This document shows, in pieces, positions 25,841 through 38,029 of a DNA stretch of 64,000 bases. The stretch lies in assembly GCA_013239625.1 (NCBI GenBank), contig MU056146.1, positions 3,905,812 through 3,969,811 of the forward strand, given 5' to 3'. The translations under genes were made by a program, and so were the position numbers. The DNA is from Lama guanicoe. Taxonomy: Eukaryota. Within the stretch, counting starts at the first letter, position 1. Every line of letters begins with the position of its first letter. Below the pieces are notes generated by a model that was given only the letters and a program-made list of their open reading frames with translations, did not search any database and was not told the origin of the DNA.

Positions 25841-27149
25841 CTGCAACAGAAATATCTCGTTAACATACCATCTCTTAGGAAACCTACCTGAAAACTTAAG
25901 GGGTGCAGTTCTATTGATCAAAGACAAAGGAAACTGCTCTAACTGCTCTATTACTTTTTTTCATGCCCCATGAATCAACTTTTACTCTTTACTGTTTACT
26001 TTCAGCCCGTCATATTATTGGGTGCTGAATTATTTTTAGCAGATTCTTTCAGCCACTGTGCTGAGACTGGATTCTCCTACAGAGACAAGGTGAGAGCCCA
26101 TTCACAGAGCAAAAATGGTGACAAGAATCATCCCAGGCTCTTCTTTGAGATGCCTGTCTCAGTCAGAGAAGGGAGGCAACAGCTTCCACTGCGGGTACCA
26201 CGATATTGAAATCTCTATGGTCACTATCCTTCTGGCTCCCACTGAACTCTCCTGAGAACCCCATCAGTGCTAAGACAAGCAGAGGCTAGCATTCAAAATA
26301 CAAACTTGGGCCATAACCTGTCCCTGGGGCAAAAATGAGCTACTGAAAAGTCGTAAAAGGANNNNNNNNNNNNNNNNNNNNNNNNNNNNNNNNNNNNNNN
26401 NNNNNNNNNNNNNNNNNNNNNNNNNNNNNNNNNNNNNNNNNNNNNNNNNNNNNNNNNNNNNNNNNNNNNNNNNNNNNNNNNNNNNNNNNNNNNNNNNNNN
26501 NNNNNNNNNNNNNNNNNNNNNNNNNNNNNNNNNAAATACTCTCTGAAACGAGTATGAGATAGAATAAGATACTGAAACAGAAGAGAAAGAAGGTCAGTTT
26601 CACACTGAAGAATGATAGATTAATTAAAATATTTAATCTTCCCAATTTCTCCAATATACTACTAAACTGTATCAGAGGTCCATGGTTTATAAATGGAGTT
26701 TTACGCTGTTCATACTGTTTATACAAAGCGTAGCTGTTTCCTAAATAAATCTATTTATCTGAATAGGAAGGAATGGAAACAGATTAGTCCAAAAGGGAGA
26801 GGAAAGCAGGTACTGAGTAACAGTCTAGAAATACACACACCTAGATACTGAAAATATTTAAAAATCATGATGAGAATTTCTGTGGATCACTGTGGCAATC
26901 TGCAGAATGCTTTGATCTGCTCATGGAGAAACAGATCGTTGCTTTTTGAAAACATTTAAATAGTAGGAAACTATTGGTAAGCCACAGAGCCCCTCCCCTC
27001 TCCTGCTTCTTCAGTTCTCTCCTCTATACACTGGTTAACTCACATCGGTACCCAGGCTCATCTTAGTATCTGCCACATCAAACAAGACAAAAGTTTTCCC
27101 TTGGTCCCACATTTCCCTCCAAGTAATGCCTCCTATCTCTGCTTTCCCT

Positions 27150-28490
27150 CCCAGCAAACGTTACTGAAATAAATGTCTGTAATCACATGACCACTTCCTC
27201 ACCCGATTCTCAGCTCAGGTCACTCCAGTCTAGCTTTCGTCCCCAATTCCCTGAAGCTGCTATGTCAAGGTCACCAACAGCCATCATGACAACAATGGTC
27301 AATTCTAGGTCTTCATCTTACTCTGTGCCTCAAGATCATTTGATATAACTGACCACTGCCTTCTTCCTGAAACACTTATGCCCTTTGGTTTCCATGACAA
27401 CACACTTCCCAGCTTCCCTCCTACCTCCCATCACTGCGATTTCTCCCTCTCCTCAGCTGCTCCTCCTGAGCTCCTAGTGTGGGGCTGGCCCTGAGCCACC
27501 TTCCCTTCCCTTTGCAGGTGATCTCATCTGGCCCAGCTCTGCCAATCACTCCCAGCTTTTACTTCCAGACCTCCAGCATCTCTACCTCCATAGCGACTGT
27601 ATGTGTGGCTTCAGTGTACCCACAGCCAACACAAACTCTTCAATCTCCCTCCTCCCTCAGTCTTCTCCCCTCCTACTCCCCATCTCAGTAAACATCACCA
27701 TCATTTACCCAACTGTACAGGACAAAAGCCCAGGATCGTCTTTGCTTCATCTCTTGCTCTCATGTTGAGTCACATTTCTGTGGGCTCTGTGTCCACAATA
27801 AATCCTCTCCATCTCTACTTCTCCCCCCTCCCCGGCTACCAACCTGGTCAAGCTGCCACCTGCTCTCACCTGGGCTACTCATGCAGCCTCCTCACTCCCC
27901 CACCTGCTTCCAACACTGCTCCAATAGTCTGTTCTCTGCCCGCAGCTGGAGGGGTCATTTTGGGTACAAATTAGCTCATGCCCTCCCTCCTTAAAATCCT
28001 CCAGTGGCTTCCCATTATGCTTATAAAAAAAAACCCCCACATTTCTGCCCAGGTCATTTAAGGCCCCCATGACCATGCCTTTCCTAACCCACCACTACCT
28101 TGCTCACTCAGCTCTGCAGCCTCCTATCTATTCTCTCTCCTCCTCACACCCCTCACAGTGTGAGATTCCCTTGCCTGGGATATTCATTTCCCAGATTTTC
28201 CCCAGGCTGGGACCTCCTCATCATTCTGGTCTGTGATCAAACATCTCCTTAACGAGGTCTTGGCTGACCACCAGGATTCACTCTCCATCCCCTTCTTCTG
28301 CTTTATTTCTTCACTGCATTTGCCACCACTTGAAAAGAATCATTCATTCATTTGTGTCAATGTGAATCCTTCACCCTTCCCACTAGTATATAAGAGAGCT
28401 GGACGTGGTCTGTTTTGTTCCCAGCTCTCTCCCCAACCCCTGATACGGTGCATGGCACATAGTAGGCACATATTTACTTAGTGAATGAAC
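27150..28490 (+). mobile_element. L2 LINE remnant
   Basis: Degenerate RT-region sequence (GTCAAGGTCACCAA) and L2 3' end CACATAGTAGGCAC...GAATGAA. Confidence 0.7.
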
Positions 28491-28608
28491 AAAGACTAGG
28501 ATGCTTTCTTTTAAAAGGATTGAGAGAGGCACTGGACCATGTCTCACTGAAAAAAAAAAAAAGATACCAGACAGTAAATAGCTCTTGGAAGTGGAGCTCA
28601 TGACTTAC

Positions 28609-28693
28609 CAAGGTGAGACTCTTCAGGGTGGCGGCGCTGAATATGACTTTGTAGAAAAGCTTGATTCGTAAAGGCCTTGTCACATAAATGGCA
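28609..28693 (-). CDS. DZIP1: DZIP1 exon encoding the C2H2 zinc finger ([28 protein letters not shown])
   Basis: C-x2-C...H-x4-H motif; TTTCAG acceptor, G|GTAAGT donor; 85 nt. Confidence 0.97.
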
Positions 28694-30379
28694 CTGAAAG
28701 GGAGAGAGCAGCACATCCAAGTGTCTGTGACAAGTGCCCTTCCACCTAATTTGAATTAAAATTTGGGTACCTGAAGCACTGCCCTCTTGGGAAATTTCCG
28801 CCCAGAGATACCATTCCAGCAAGTACTACTGAAAGCATGACTAAAAAGACATATAAAACCAGGGTGTTCTTCCCAAACTGAACGCAGGGCAGTGAAAACC
28901 ATCTCTTGATGGATCAAGTAGCCCGTCATGGTGGTTTCGGGAACCCCTGATTGCTGCCCCCCTAGACTGCTGGTTCCCAGCCAGTCACCACCAACTTGCT
29001 CATGGCACTCCAGCCATGCTGGCTTTCTTCCTGTGCCTCAAGCAGGCCAGCTTTAGACTCTTTACATTAGCTGGTCCCCTGCCCGAATCCTCCCCAGACC
29101 CTCGCATGACTGGCTCCTTCTTGATGTTCAAGATGTCATTTACAGAGCATCTTCCACGCTGGGGCGGAGCAGCACGTCCTCAACAAATCTTCCCAGATGA
29201 TCCTCCCGCCAGTCACTGTCCCATCACACTGTCTCATTTTCATCATTGTACATCTCACCAGTTAATACTTTCAGGCTTATTTACTCTACTTGCTTCTTGT
29301 CTCCTGCCCAATCCCTCTAGGTTCGAAAATGTCAGCTTCCTGAGAGCACGGACTTGTCTCTCTTATTCATAGCTTTATCCCCACAGCCCAGCATTAATAA
29401 ATCACTGAGCACGTGCTTAGAAATAGTTGGCCTCCTAAAATGAATTTACTGAAAAAAAGAAAAATCAGTCCTATCAACATCTCTATTCTCCACTTTAACA
29501 CATTCAGCTTTTAGGCAAAGAATTCAACTTGTTTCATCTACATCCTCCCCTCTGGATTACTCTGAAGTAAATCTTGGATATTATATATTTCATTTGTCAA
29601 TATTTCAGAACCTAGCTCCAAAGGGACTTTCTTTTAATATAATCATAATATTATTATTCCACCTTTTAAAATGAGGAAATTCCTTAATTATCAACAAATA
29701 TACAACCATTTACTTTTTTTCTAATACTCCACACATTGTCTTAGAAAACATTTTTTACAGTTTGTTTTGAATCAGAATCCAAATAAGGTCATTGTTGTGT
29801 CTCTTAACTCTCTTTATTCTACAGCTACCCCTCCAGCTCTCTTTTCTTTATAATTCTTTTGCTGAAAAACTGAACATTTATCCTGCAGAGTTTCTCTCAG
29901 ACTGGATTTTGCTGTTTCATCTGTATTTACATGTTCTTCTATTCATGGTTTGCCTTACTCTTAAGCAGTATAATTGCATCAAAACTTCAGGTTCTAGTTT
30001 CCCAGAAAACTAACATTATGGCATATTTCTCAGCATTACATTTCAGAGGATCTTTAAAGCATCTTTTACACCTTCTCTGCCCATGATGACTGCTCTGGTT
30101 TCCTCTCAAAACTTCAGGGGCTGCCCACACTGACTCAGATGTGAGTATGGCTCAAGAGCCATGCACAGCACTGGAGAAAGGAAAGGATGAGGAAACCCAG
30201 AAAGTGTAACTTTTTATCTCTTAAAATAGAAAACATGTATTTTTAACTACTGGAATAATACAGAAGAGCCATGAGCTCAAAGTAAGAAGGTGTTCCTACT
30301 CCAAAAAGAAAAGACCGACATTTTGACTACATCGAAATAAAAAACTTCCATGACAAAAAATACCAAAACAAAGCTGAGA

Positions 30380-30985
30380 GACTTCCGGTTTCTGGATCTA
30401 CACATAAGGAGCTTGAAAATCACCACTCCATCCTAACAATAAGTAAAAAGCTGAAAAGACTGAAATCAACAACCCTCCTTGGATCTGTAAGAGAGGGGAG
30501 GACACGGGGTAAACCAGTGGCCACAAGCCTGGACAGAGTACAGGGAGTCATGTCTTAATGAGAGCAGAGACTCACCAGCAAAACCCCCTGTAGGAACCAG
30601 TGCAGGGTAAGACCGGAACTGTAATTGACAAATTCTGGAGGCTTAGAGTGGAGAAGTCTGAGAGTTAAAGACACCAGTGGAGTGAGGAATTTTCTCAACT
30701 TGGTAAAGACGATCTGCAAAAAACTGCAGCTAACATCACACTTAATGGTGAGAAACTCAGTTTCCCCTCTAAGATCACGTACAAGGCAAGGATGTCCCCT
30801 CTCACCACTGCTTTTCAACATGGTGCTGGAAGTCCTTGCTAATGCAATAAGGCTAGAAAAAAAATTAAAAGATATACAGACTGGGAAAGTAGACACAGAA
30901 CTGCCTTTATTTGCAAATGACATGACAGTCTATGTAAAAAATCCAAAAGAATTGACAAAAAAAATTCCTGGAACTAATAACCAGG
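30380..30985 (+). mobile_element. Old L1: 5'UTR-like segment joined to an ORF2 RT fragment
   Basis: [20 protein letters not shown]...LFANDM is the L1 RT motif (FADD degenerate). Confidence 0.85.
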
Positions 30986-32728
30986 TATACCAATGGGATT
31001 CCAAAATCTGTCTGTGTTGCTGGAGTATAGAGAAGAATCTGAGACTTCCAGCTATGAAGACAAAAGACCTTCTTAGAAAGAGTCGAAGTCCTGTTACAAT
31101 ACACTGGCATTTAAAAATTTTTTAAATTTTAAAAATAATTTGATAGCCAGAACATTTGGTACACACTGGCCTTTACACATGGCCATGAGACTTCCCCAGC
31201 TTTGGAGGTCTCTATTTAAATAACAATACATGACTGCAGGCTAAAGTCAAATAACTTTTTAAAATCAATTGACTTCCCATAAATTTTATTATAGGCCAAA
31301 TACTCCTAGCTTATGAACCTGGAATTACAAAGATTATGACACTGTGGAACCTCAGCTAGCTTACATGCCAGCTATTCTTAGCAGCTGTCTTTGATTTCCC
31401 CTCCCTGAAACACTGATTCTTACAGCATCAGCACTGTGACCTCTGGCCTTTTCTATACCTCTACTATTCAGTGAGTTCCTAGAAAAGGTCTGAGGATGCA
31501 GAGAGATCACAGGTAGCCACAGATAACTACGCGGAAGTCACTGCAGAAATCAATATCCATGTGTCTGAAGCTGTTTACTGAGCCTTCCCCATGCCACACA
31601 CGCATTAACTCACAGGATTCTCAGAGCAACCCTCCAAGGAAGCTACTACTAACATTCTCATTTTCCAGAGGAGGAAACTGAGGTTTAGAATTTAAATGAC
31701 TTGTACAACGGAATAGCTGGGATTCAAACCCAGGTAATCTAACTCTGGAGTTGTCACCCTAAAGGATTCACACTGTTGAAGAACTCCATAAAGAGACAAT
31801 GGCAAGCCCCTTAATAAAAGGCAAAGTATACCTGTACTATGCTAAGTAGGAAAAGGTGGTCTGGTCATTCCTACCTCTTCTTCGTCACATCTGGCCACAT
31901 CATACAGCAATCACTGTCATTCACATTCAGAGTCTGCTGAGTGGCCAGAAGTTGGCAGGTGTCACTCATTTAATAAAAGTGAGCCATCACCTTTTTATTC
32001 TTATATATCATTCACATTTGAAAATCTTTATTAACTAACAGCTATTTCTATGATAACCAAAAGAATGAAAAAAAGTTTATAAACATAAAATTTTTATGTT
32101 ACAGGTTTTAACATTTCACTAATTAATACCAAAGCCAGATAAACTTTTTTAATGTATAAACAGAACCCATTCTATCCATTTTACAATGAATACATTTATA
32201 AAGAGCCATCTTAGCACTATTCATATTTAGTTTTTAAATAGCATTTATGAAACAAATAGGCAGTTATCGACATAAAGTATCATTTGATGACCCGCAAATG
32301 TTGTCTACCCAAGATGAAACTTCAAGACTTTCTAGCTGTTCATGTCTTTTAAATACACTTGTCTCAAAGCTCCTGTTGGGTCAGTCCTAAGCACTATTAA
32401 CCCCACTGTTTTCTGCACCCTGTAACTCACTTCACATTCACTCCCACTTTGGTTCCACTATTGCCTAAGTCCGCTGAGGCCTTTTAAGCCATGTTTAGCC
32501 AAAATGACTGGAGTGTAAGGGCATGAAATCAATCTTGTTAGTCTATTGTTTACTTCAATATCCTTATCAAACTTTCTGTGCTACCTTCACCTCATTGATA
32601 AAAATATATATGCTGATTTCTGTTACACTAAAAAATTACAATACTTATCTTAGGTTCAATGTCTACCACAAAATAGTTGTAGATTAAGAACAAAAAGGCA
32701 AAACTTTTTATTTTAAAATACCATTGTT

Positions 32729-32801
32729 TTTGACACAACATTGTAAAATGACTATAACTCAATAAAAAAAGTTTAAAAAAATAAAATCTAAAATAAATAA
32801 A
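32729..32801 (+). mobile_element. Ultra-short L1 3' tip plus A-tail
   Basis: GACACAACATTGTAAAATGACTATAACTCAATAAA plus A-rich tail; 15-bp TSD TAAAATACCATTGTT at 32714-32728 and 32802-32816. Confidence 0.85.
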
Positions 32802-33430
32802 TAAAATACCATTGTTATATTAGCAAGTACTCTTGTTCATAGGAAATATACACATTGAAATATTCAGGAGTCTCCAACTCTGTCAAATGGGTCAAAAATA
32901 ATAGTTATGTATATAAAGACAGAGGAAAGAAAGCAAAAGTGGCAAATGTTAATAACTGGTGAGTCTGGCTGAGGGTACATATATGATCTCTGTACTCCAA
33001 TTCTTCTGTAAATCTGAAAATTTTTGAAATTTAAAAATGAGGAAAAAATCACAAATTTAAGCATTCCAGACCATTTGGGGGCCGACCCCAGCAGCAAATT
33101 GTACCTGATTTATTTTTCATTACATTGATTAGAAGGAAACAGCTTTTAAACAACCAGCATTTAGACGACTTCAGTAAAGCACTGCGGACAGTGTTACTGT
33201 TTAATTATTAATCCTATGGTAGTCTACAGAAGGTAATGAACCGTGTCACCTGTTGGTTAAAATTACTGTTTTGCTTAAATACGCTGTTTTTTCTGATTTA
33301 CAGTACAAATCTTAAACAGAAACAAAAACAAAAAACAAAAACCAAAACCGTGATATAGGGAAAGGACTCTCAATATCCCAGACAGTAGGAACTGAGGATT
33401 TTATTGGATAATCACAAGGCAGTTTCCCAC

Positions 33431-33988
33431 CTGGTAATAGCTGGCTTTGGCCTCCATCATCAGCTGCTGGGTCGAGATCATCTTTTTCCTGCGTTTACAC
33501 TCTTCCTTGAGTAACTTGATCTGTCCCGCCTGCTTGGAAAGGAGCTGCTTACTCTGCTCGCAGTCGGCCAGGCTCAGGAGCAGCCGCTCCTCCAGGTTGT
33601 GCAGCTGCGAGGTGAGGAACTCCTGCGAGTGCAGCAGGTACTCGATGGTGAGCTGCGCCAGGCGGATGAGCTTCAGCAGCACCGGGTCCACCCCCGACTG
33701 GCAGTGCGGGCACTTCTCGTCCTCCAGCTTGCAGAAGGTGATGTTCACGATGTTCTCCTGCAGCGTGAGCACGTCCACGGCGCCCGCCACCTTGTCCACG
33801 TCGATGGCGCTCAGCCGCCGCCAGTCCACGCTCTCCAGACGCGGTCGGAACTGGAAGAAGGGCAGGGGGCCCGAAGCCGCGCTGGGCGGGGCACAGGCCA
33901 TGGCGGCCCCGCCTGCGGGGGCGGCTGCGGAGGCATAGGGACCCTCCAGGCCGCCGGCGAGCGGGTAGTACACGTGCTTCTGAAAGGG
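33431..33988 (-). CDS. DZIP1: DZIP1 large coding exon (PFQKHVYY...AKASYYQ), Dzip-like N-terminal domain
   Basis: [35 protein letters not shown]...[14 protein letters not shown] is the DZIP1 signature; CAG acceptor, CAG|GTGGGA donor; 558 nt. Confidence 0.98.
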
Positions 33989-34086
33989 CTGTTGGATGGA
34001 GACCAACCAGAGTGAAAGGGGGAGCTGAGAATCCCGTGGAGCCCCTGCCACTCCCAGCCCAGAATCCCCGGCCTCCGGCCTCTTAC

Positions 34087-34122
34087 CATGCTTGGAAGCA
34101 AGTCCGCCGCCTCAGCTGGCAT
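34087..34122 (-). CDS. DZIP1: DZIP1 first coding segment ([12 protein letters not shown])
   Basis: Resembles the human N-terminus MQAEAADWFSSM; donor ATG|GTAAGA at 34087/34086; phase 0. Confidence 0.88.
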
Positions 34123-34249
34123 CGGAGGAGGGGACGGTCCCGTCTACCCGGCCCGGGCCGCCTCCCGGGCCGCCGCCGCCCCACTCCTCTGGAAGCGGGA
34201 GAAGACCGGGTCCCGGGAGGCGGCGGCCTAATGTCTGGGCGTCCAGGCC

Positions 34250-34263
34250 GTTGCTATGGCAGC
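34250..34263. promoter_or_regulatory. RFX X-box
   Basis: GTTGCTATGGCAGC vs consensus GTTGCCATGGCAAC (12/14). Confidence 0.65.
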
Positions 34264-35051
34264 GCCCGGGGCAGGAACCCGGAGCAAAGGGCGCGCCCGC
34301 CAGCGCCCAGTCAGCGTGCGCCCAGGGCCCTGCGGGACCAGAGAAGACCTCGTGGGAGAGCCCGAGTGGACACACCCGCCCACCTGTCCTGAGAGCCGGC
34401 TTCCCGGGACAGCACCAGCACCCCCAACCCCGGCCTTTGGGCCGGATATTCCATGTCCCTAAGGCGTGGGGAGCTACATCCTAGCTGCTCGCCTCTGATC
34501 CTCGCCTTAGGTTTTGAGATTAGAAATATCTATTCATTCTCATCTTTCACACACAACTCAGAATACGTTAAGCAACAAATCTATGCAAAATTAAATGGGA
34601 TGAAGGGGGAACTGGCTGTAAAAGGGCAGGAAGACACTTCCGGGGTATAATTTTAAAAAAATGTTCTCCATTTTGATTGTGCTGTTGATTTCCCCGGGCA
34701 TATACATTTGTAAAAATTCACTGAATGGTACACTGAAAATTAACGGTCATATTATACCTCAATATATTAAGTTGTTTTAAAAATTAAATTTATAGTGTAG
34801 TTAATTATATTTGATGGCAGGTTTCCTAAATTTCTTACATCCAAGATACTTTTTTAAATGGTCTTTTGTCTTCTATGGGTTGGCCGCCTAAATATAATAT
34901 TCTGACAGAAGTACAAACCAAAGAACTTGCCCAAATATAAAAAACTTTGTGTCTTTCCAAAAGGATACATTCTCAAAATGAGAAGATAAAAACAATCAAG
35001 TTCCCCCTACATCAGCTTTACCATCAAGTTTTACAGTGGCCCCATATTTAC

Positions 35052-35167
35052 CTTATAAATTTGTGTGGCAGCTGCATTCTGTTTTCTGGAGACGCCAAAA
35101 TATTTCTAGCAGCAACTTGTAGACCTCAGGCCTCTCATTCTTGAGGTCTTCTGGGGGCTGCTTGTAG
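35052..35167 (-). other. DZIP1: Predicted DZIP1 5'UTR exon
   Basis: TAG acceptor at 35168-35170; AAG|GTAAAT donor at 35052/35051. Confidence 0.4.
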
Positions 35168-35613
35168 CTACCACAGAGATGGATGAACCGAGGAAAAGCC
35201 AGACATTCCTCAGTCCACCGGGGAGTCCTTGCTTGGACCAATCATCAGGAAAAATTTTGTCTTTCCTAACAGCCAAAGATCAAAAGAAAGGAAAATACAA
35301 TTCAGAGTAACTGGAAGCAAAGTTGTAATATCAATTATTTCTAGCCTTTAGAGAACTAGAAATAAGCCTATATGAAAGCATCCGAAAATTAAACATATGC
35401 TTCGTAAGTCTTCACAGAAACCACACATACAAATAATTTGGAATGGGATTTTGGAAAAGAGCTATTACAAGTCACTGAAGCCGGCATGAAAGACTTACAG
35501 CTTCAAGATTCAAAGTCTGATTCGTCCATTTACTTTTTGCCTGACCTAGAACAACTCACGTCAGCTTTAGGCCTCAGTTTCCCTGTTTGTTTAAAGGGTA
35601 TCTGGATACCGAC

Positions 35614-35711
35614 CTGGCAGGTCTATGTACTGTGGACTCCATCCACTGGGCTGCAGGATCAGCGGGAACAAGAGCCGTGGTTTCTCTTGCTCACGGTTAT
35701 ATCCCCGGCAC
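35614..35711 (-). other. DZIP1: Predicted DZIP1 5'UTR exon, partly an antisense L2 3' end
   Basis: CTAAC branch point, pyrimidine tract and TAG acceptor; CAG|GTCGGT donor. Confidence 0.45.
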
Positions 35712-35879
35712 CTAGCATGGGTCAGGCAGAGAGAGGAGTTAGAAATTTGTCTAAAGAACACGTGGATAAAGAATCATCGAATGAATTAGGCGCTTAGTTA
35801 AGTAAATGTCGGCTCCCAGCCCTTGTTCTTTATATTTTATGTGCCTCTGGCCTGTTAGCGGAGTTCACCCAGGCTATGG

Positions 35880-36850
35880 GTCCAATCCTTTGGACCTGAA
35901 GCGGGGCGGCTATCCGCGCGCCCCCACTGCATTCGGGGGAACAGGCTTGCGGGGCCCAAGATGCCCATCTCCTTTCGCCGCCACCACTCCGGTCGCCAGC
36001 GCTGCGCTGCTGGCCACCCTTGCCCGTCGGCTGACTCTCAGTCGCAAGATGGCCGGAACAGGAAAGAAGGGGTCACACTTTCCCGTCCCCCCCCCCGCCA
36101 TCCCCCTGAAGCACAGCCAGCCCAGCGCAGCGCCTCCAGCCCCGAGCGCACAGCGGGGCCAACCCGCCAAACCGCAAAGACAAAGGCCGGGAAACGCGGG
36201 CTCCAGTAGGGCCTCTGAGCCGCCCCTTAGAAGGCAAGGCTCCAGTGGGGGCTGCGGCAACCAAGCCAGCGGGGTCTGCAGCGCCTCGGCTCGCAGCGAG
36301 GGAAGAAGAAAGAGAGCTCGGCTTCGGGGGGACCGAGATGCCTCGCGCTCCCCCGGGGCGCCTGGCGCATCCCAGGCCTCGGCTCACCCCAGCTGCGCGC
36401 TCCTGGGCGGGCGCCGGGCGCTGCAGGCGGACGGGGTCGAGGCTGGGGACGCAGATCCCAGGGGCGCTGCTGGCGCAGGAGGGCCCGTGGAGGCCGAGGA
36501 ACAGTCGAGCGGGAAGCGGCGGGCCAGCTCCTTCTTCCAGGGCACAGGATGAGGCCTGTCCGTTTTGGGCAAGTTGTGACGAGGAGAGCCGCCTGGCGCC
36601 GCTCCGGGCGGTCCCAGATTCCAGGCCGCGGGCGCCTCGGGATTCCCCCACCCCCCTCCAGCCCCCCTCCAACTGGGCGGGACCGTACGCGTCTAGACTG
36701 CAGCGCTAAAACGCATTCAGCCAATCCCGCTGTTGGTGCAGACACGTGGTGCCGGGGCGCGCTTTGTTGCTGGCGTGGGATGCTCGCCCCAGGAAGGCTT
36801 TTCAATGGGAAGACAGAGTCTCTCCAACCCTGCGATTGGCCTAACCCTCA
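35880..36850. promoter_or_regulatory. CpG island / DZIP1 promoter
   Basis: Very GC- and CpG-rich; YY1-type CAAGATGGC 36045-36053, GGGCGG 36675-36680, CCAAT 36721-36725, CACGTG 36743-36748, ATTGG 36835-36839. Confidence 0.8.
36388..36700 (-). other. DZIP1: Predicted DZIP1 non-coding exon 1 (TSS approximate)
   Basis: Inside the CpG island; GGG|GTGAGC donor at 36388/36387; CCAAT and GC boxes upstream. Confidence 0.45.
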
Positions 36851-37661
36851 GCTAGCTGCCCCATAAGGGCAGGGACTTTATGTGAATCCTAAGAAGAGGT
36901 GCGTTTTAATCGCAGAAGAAAACAGATGCAAGAGACCTTGAAGAGGCTATCTAATGTAGCCCTGCACTTGAGTGACATGGAAAACAGAAGTAAAGATTAT
37001 ATGTTGAAGCACACAAAGATATAAACACACCTAGGTTTTCTGTGTCTTTTGGTTACGCCCATTTTAGGACGAAAGTCACGGATCTCTGATGGTAGAAAGT
37101 TGGGCGGTGAGGGAGAGGAGTCTGGGTCAGGAGTACCGTGAATATTTTTTAACCTAAAATTGGAACACGTGGTCTAACAATGGGGCAAAATTCCATATTT
37201 TTAAATGAGTAATCCAGGAAGTATGCACATGCCATTCCTACAACCACGAGGTTGACCCAGATTGAGGAATTTAAGTGCATCGCTTGCAAAATCTTAGTGT
37301 CTACTGTAACAAAATTGTTCTTCAATTATAAAGGAGTAACTACAGAATTTTTGTTGGATAATAATATGTTACTGTAAAACGGCTTTCCTTGTGTTTCTCC
37401 TTAACTAAGTTAACTTTATTTAGCACAAGTCTTCAAACGTAGTAATAGCTCATTAAGTCTTTATCTTGTATTCCTTGCTTTTGGTGGGATTTTAAAAATT
37501 TATCTAATTCTAATTTAATGCTTAAATTTGAAAAAGAATCTAAGGTCCCATGAAAATCCTCCAAAGTTACATAGTAACAATTTCTAGGTAGAAATTTGAG
37601 GCAATATAAGGTAGGTAAGTCCATTGCTTTGCAAGATCTATACTCTATAGACCTCTATGGG

Positions 37662-37678
37662 GTGTGTGTGTGTGTGTG
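37662..37678. repeat. (GT)n microsatellite
   Basis: Direct reading. Confidence 0.9.
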
Positions 37679-37706
37679 CAGGATGATTGCTTAATTAACA
37701 TTACTT

Positions 37707-38029
37707 TTTTTTACATTTTTTATTGAGTTATAGTCATTTTACAATGTTGTGTCAACTTCCAGTGTAGAGCACTATTTTTCAGTTATACATGAACATACAT
37801 ATATTCATTGTCGCTTTCTTTTTTGCTGTAAGCTACCGCAAGATCTTATATATATTTCCCTGTGCTATACAATGTAATCTTGTTTATGTATTCTACGTAT
37901 GCCTGTCAGTATCTACAAATTTCGAACTCCCAGTCTGTCCCTTCCCACCCCTCTCCCCCTTGGCAGCCACAAGTTTGTATTCTGTCTATGAGTCTGCTTC
38001 TGTTTTGTATTTCTGGTTTTTTTTTTTTG
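37707..38029 (-). mobile_element. 5'-truncated lineage-specific L1 3' end
   Basis: Poly-T head, L1 3'UTR sequence; TSD AATTAACATT(A/G)CTT at 37693-37706 and 38030-38043. Confidence 0.85.

Larger units (their letters stand above)
33540..34460. promoter_or_regulatory. Second CpG island over the first DZIP1 coding exons
   Basis: High CpG density. Confidence 0.75.

Noticed and set aside
30625-31125. 166-aa ORF with reverse transcriptase motifs as a novel RT system
   Set aside because: A short, decayed L1 ORF2 fragment with the catalytic FADD changed to FAND
33447-34015. Plus-strand 163-aa and 138-aa ORFs
   Set aside because: Antisense shadows of the GC-rich DZIP1 exon
35806-36866. Long overlapping ORFs (up to 248 aa) on both strands
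   Set aside because: Stop-poor GC-rich CpG island; low-complexity A/G/P/R translations with no recognisable domain
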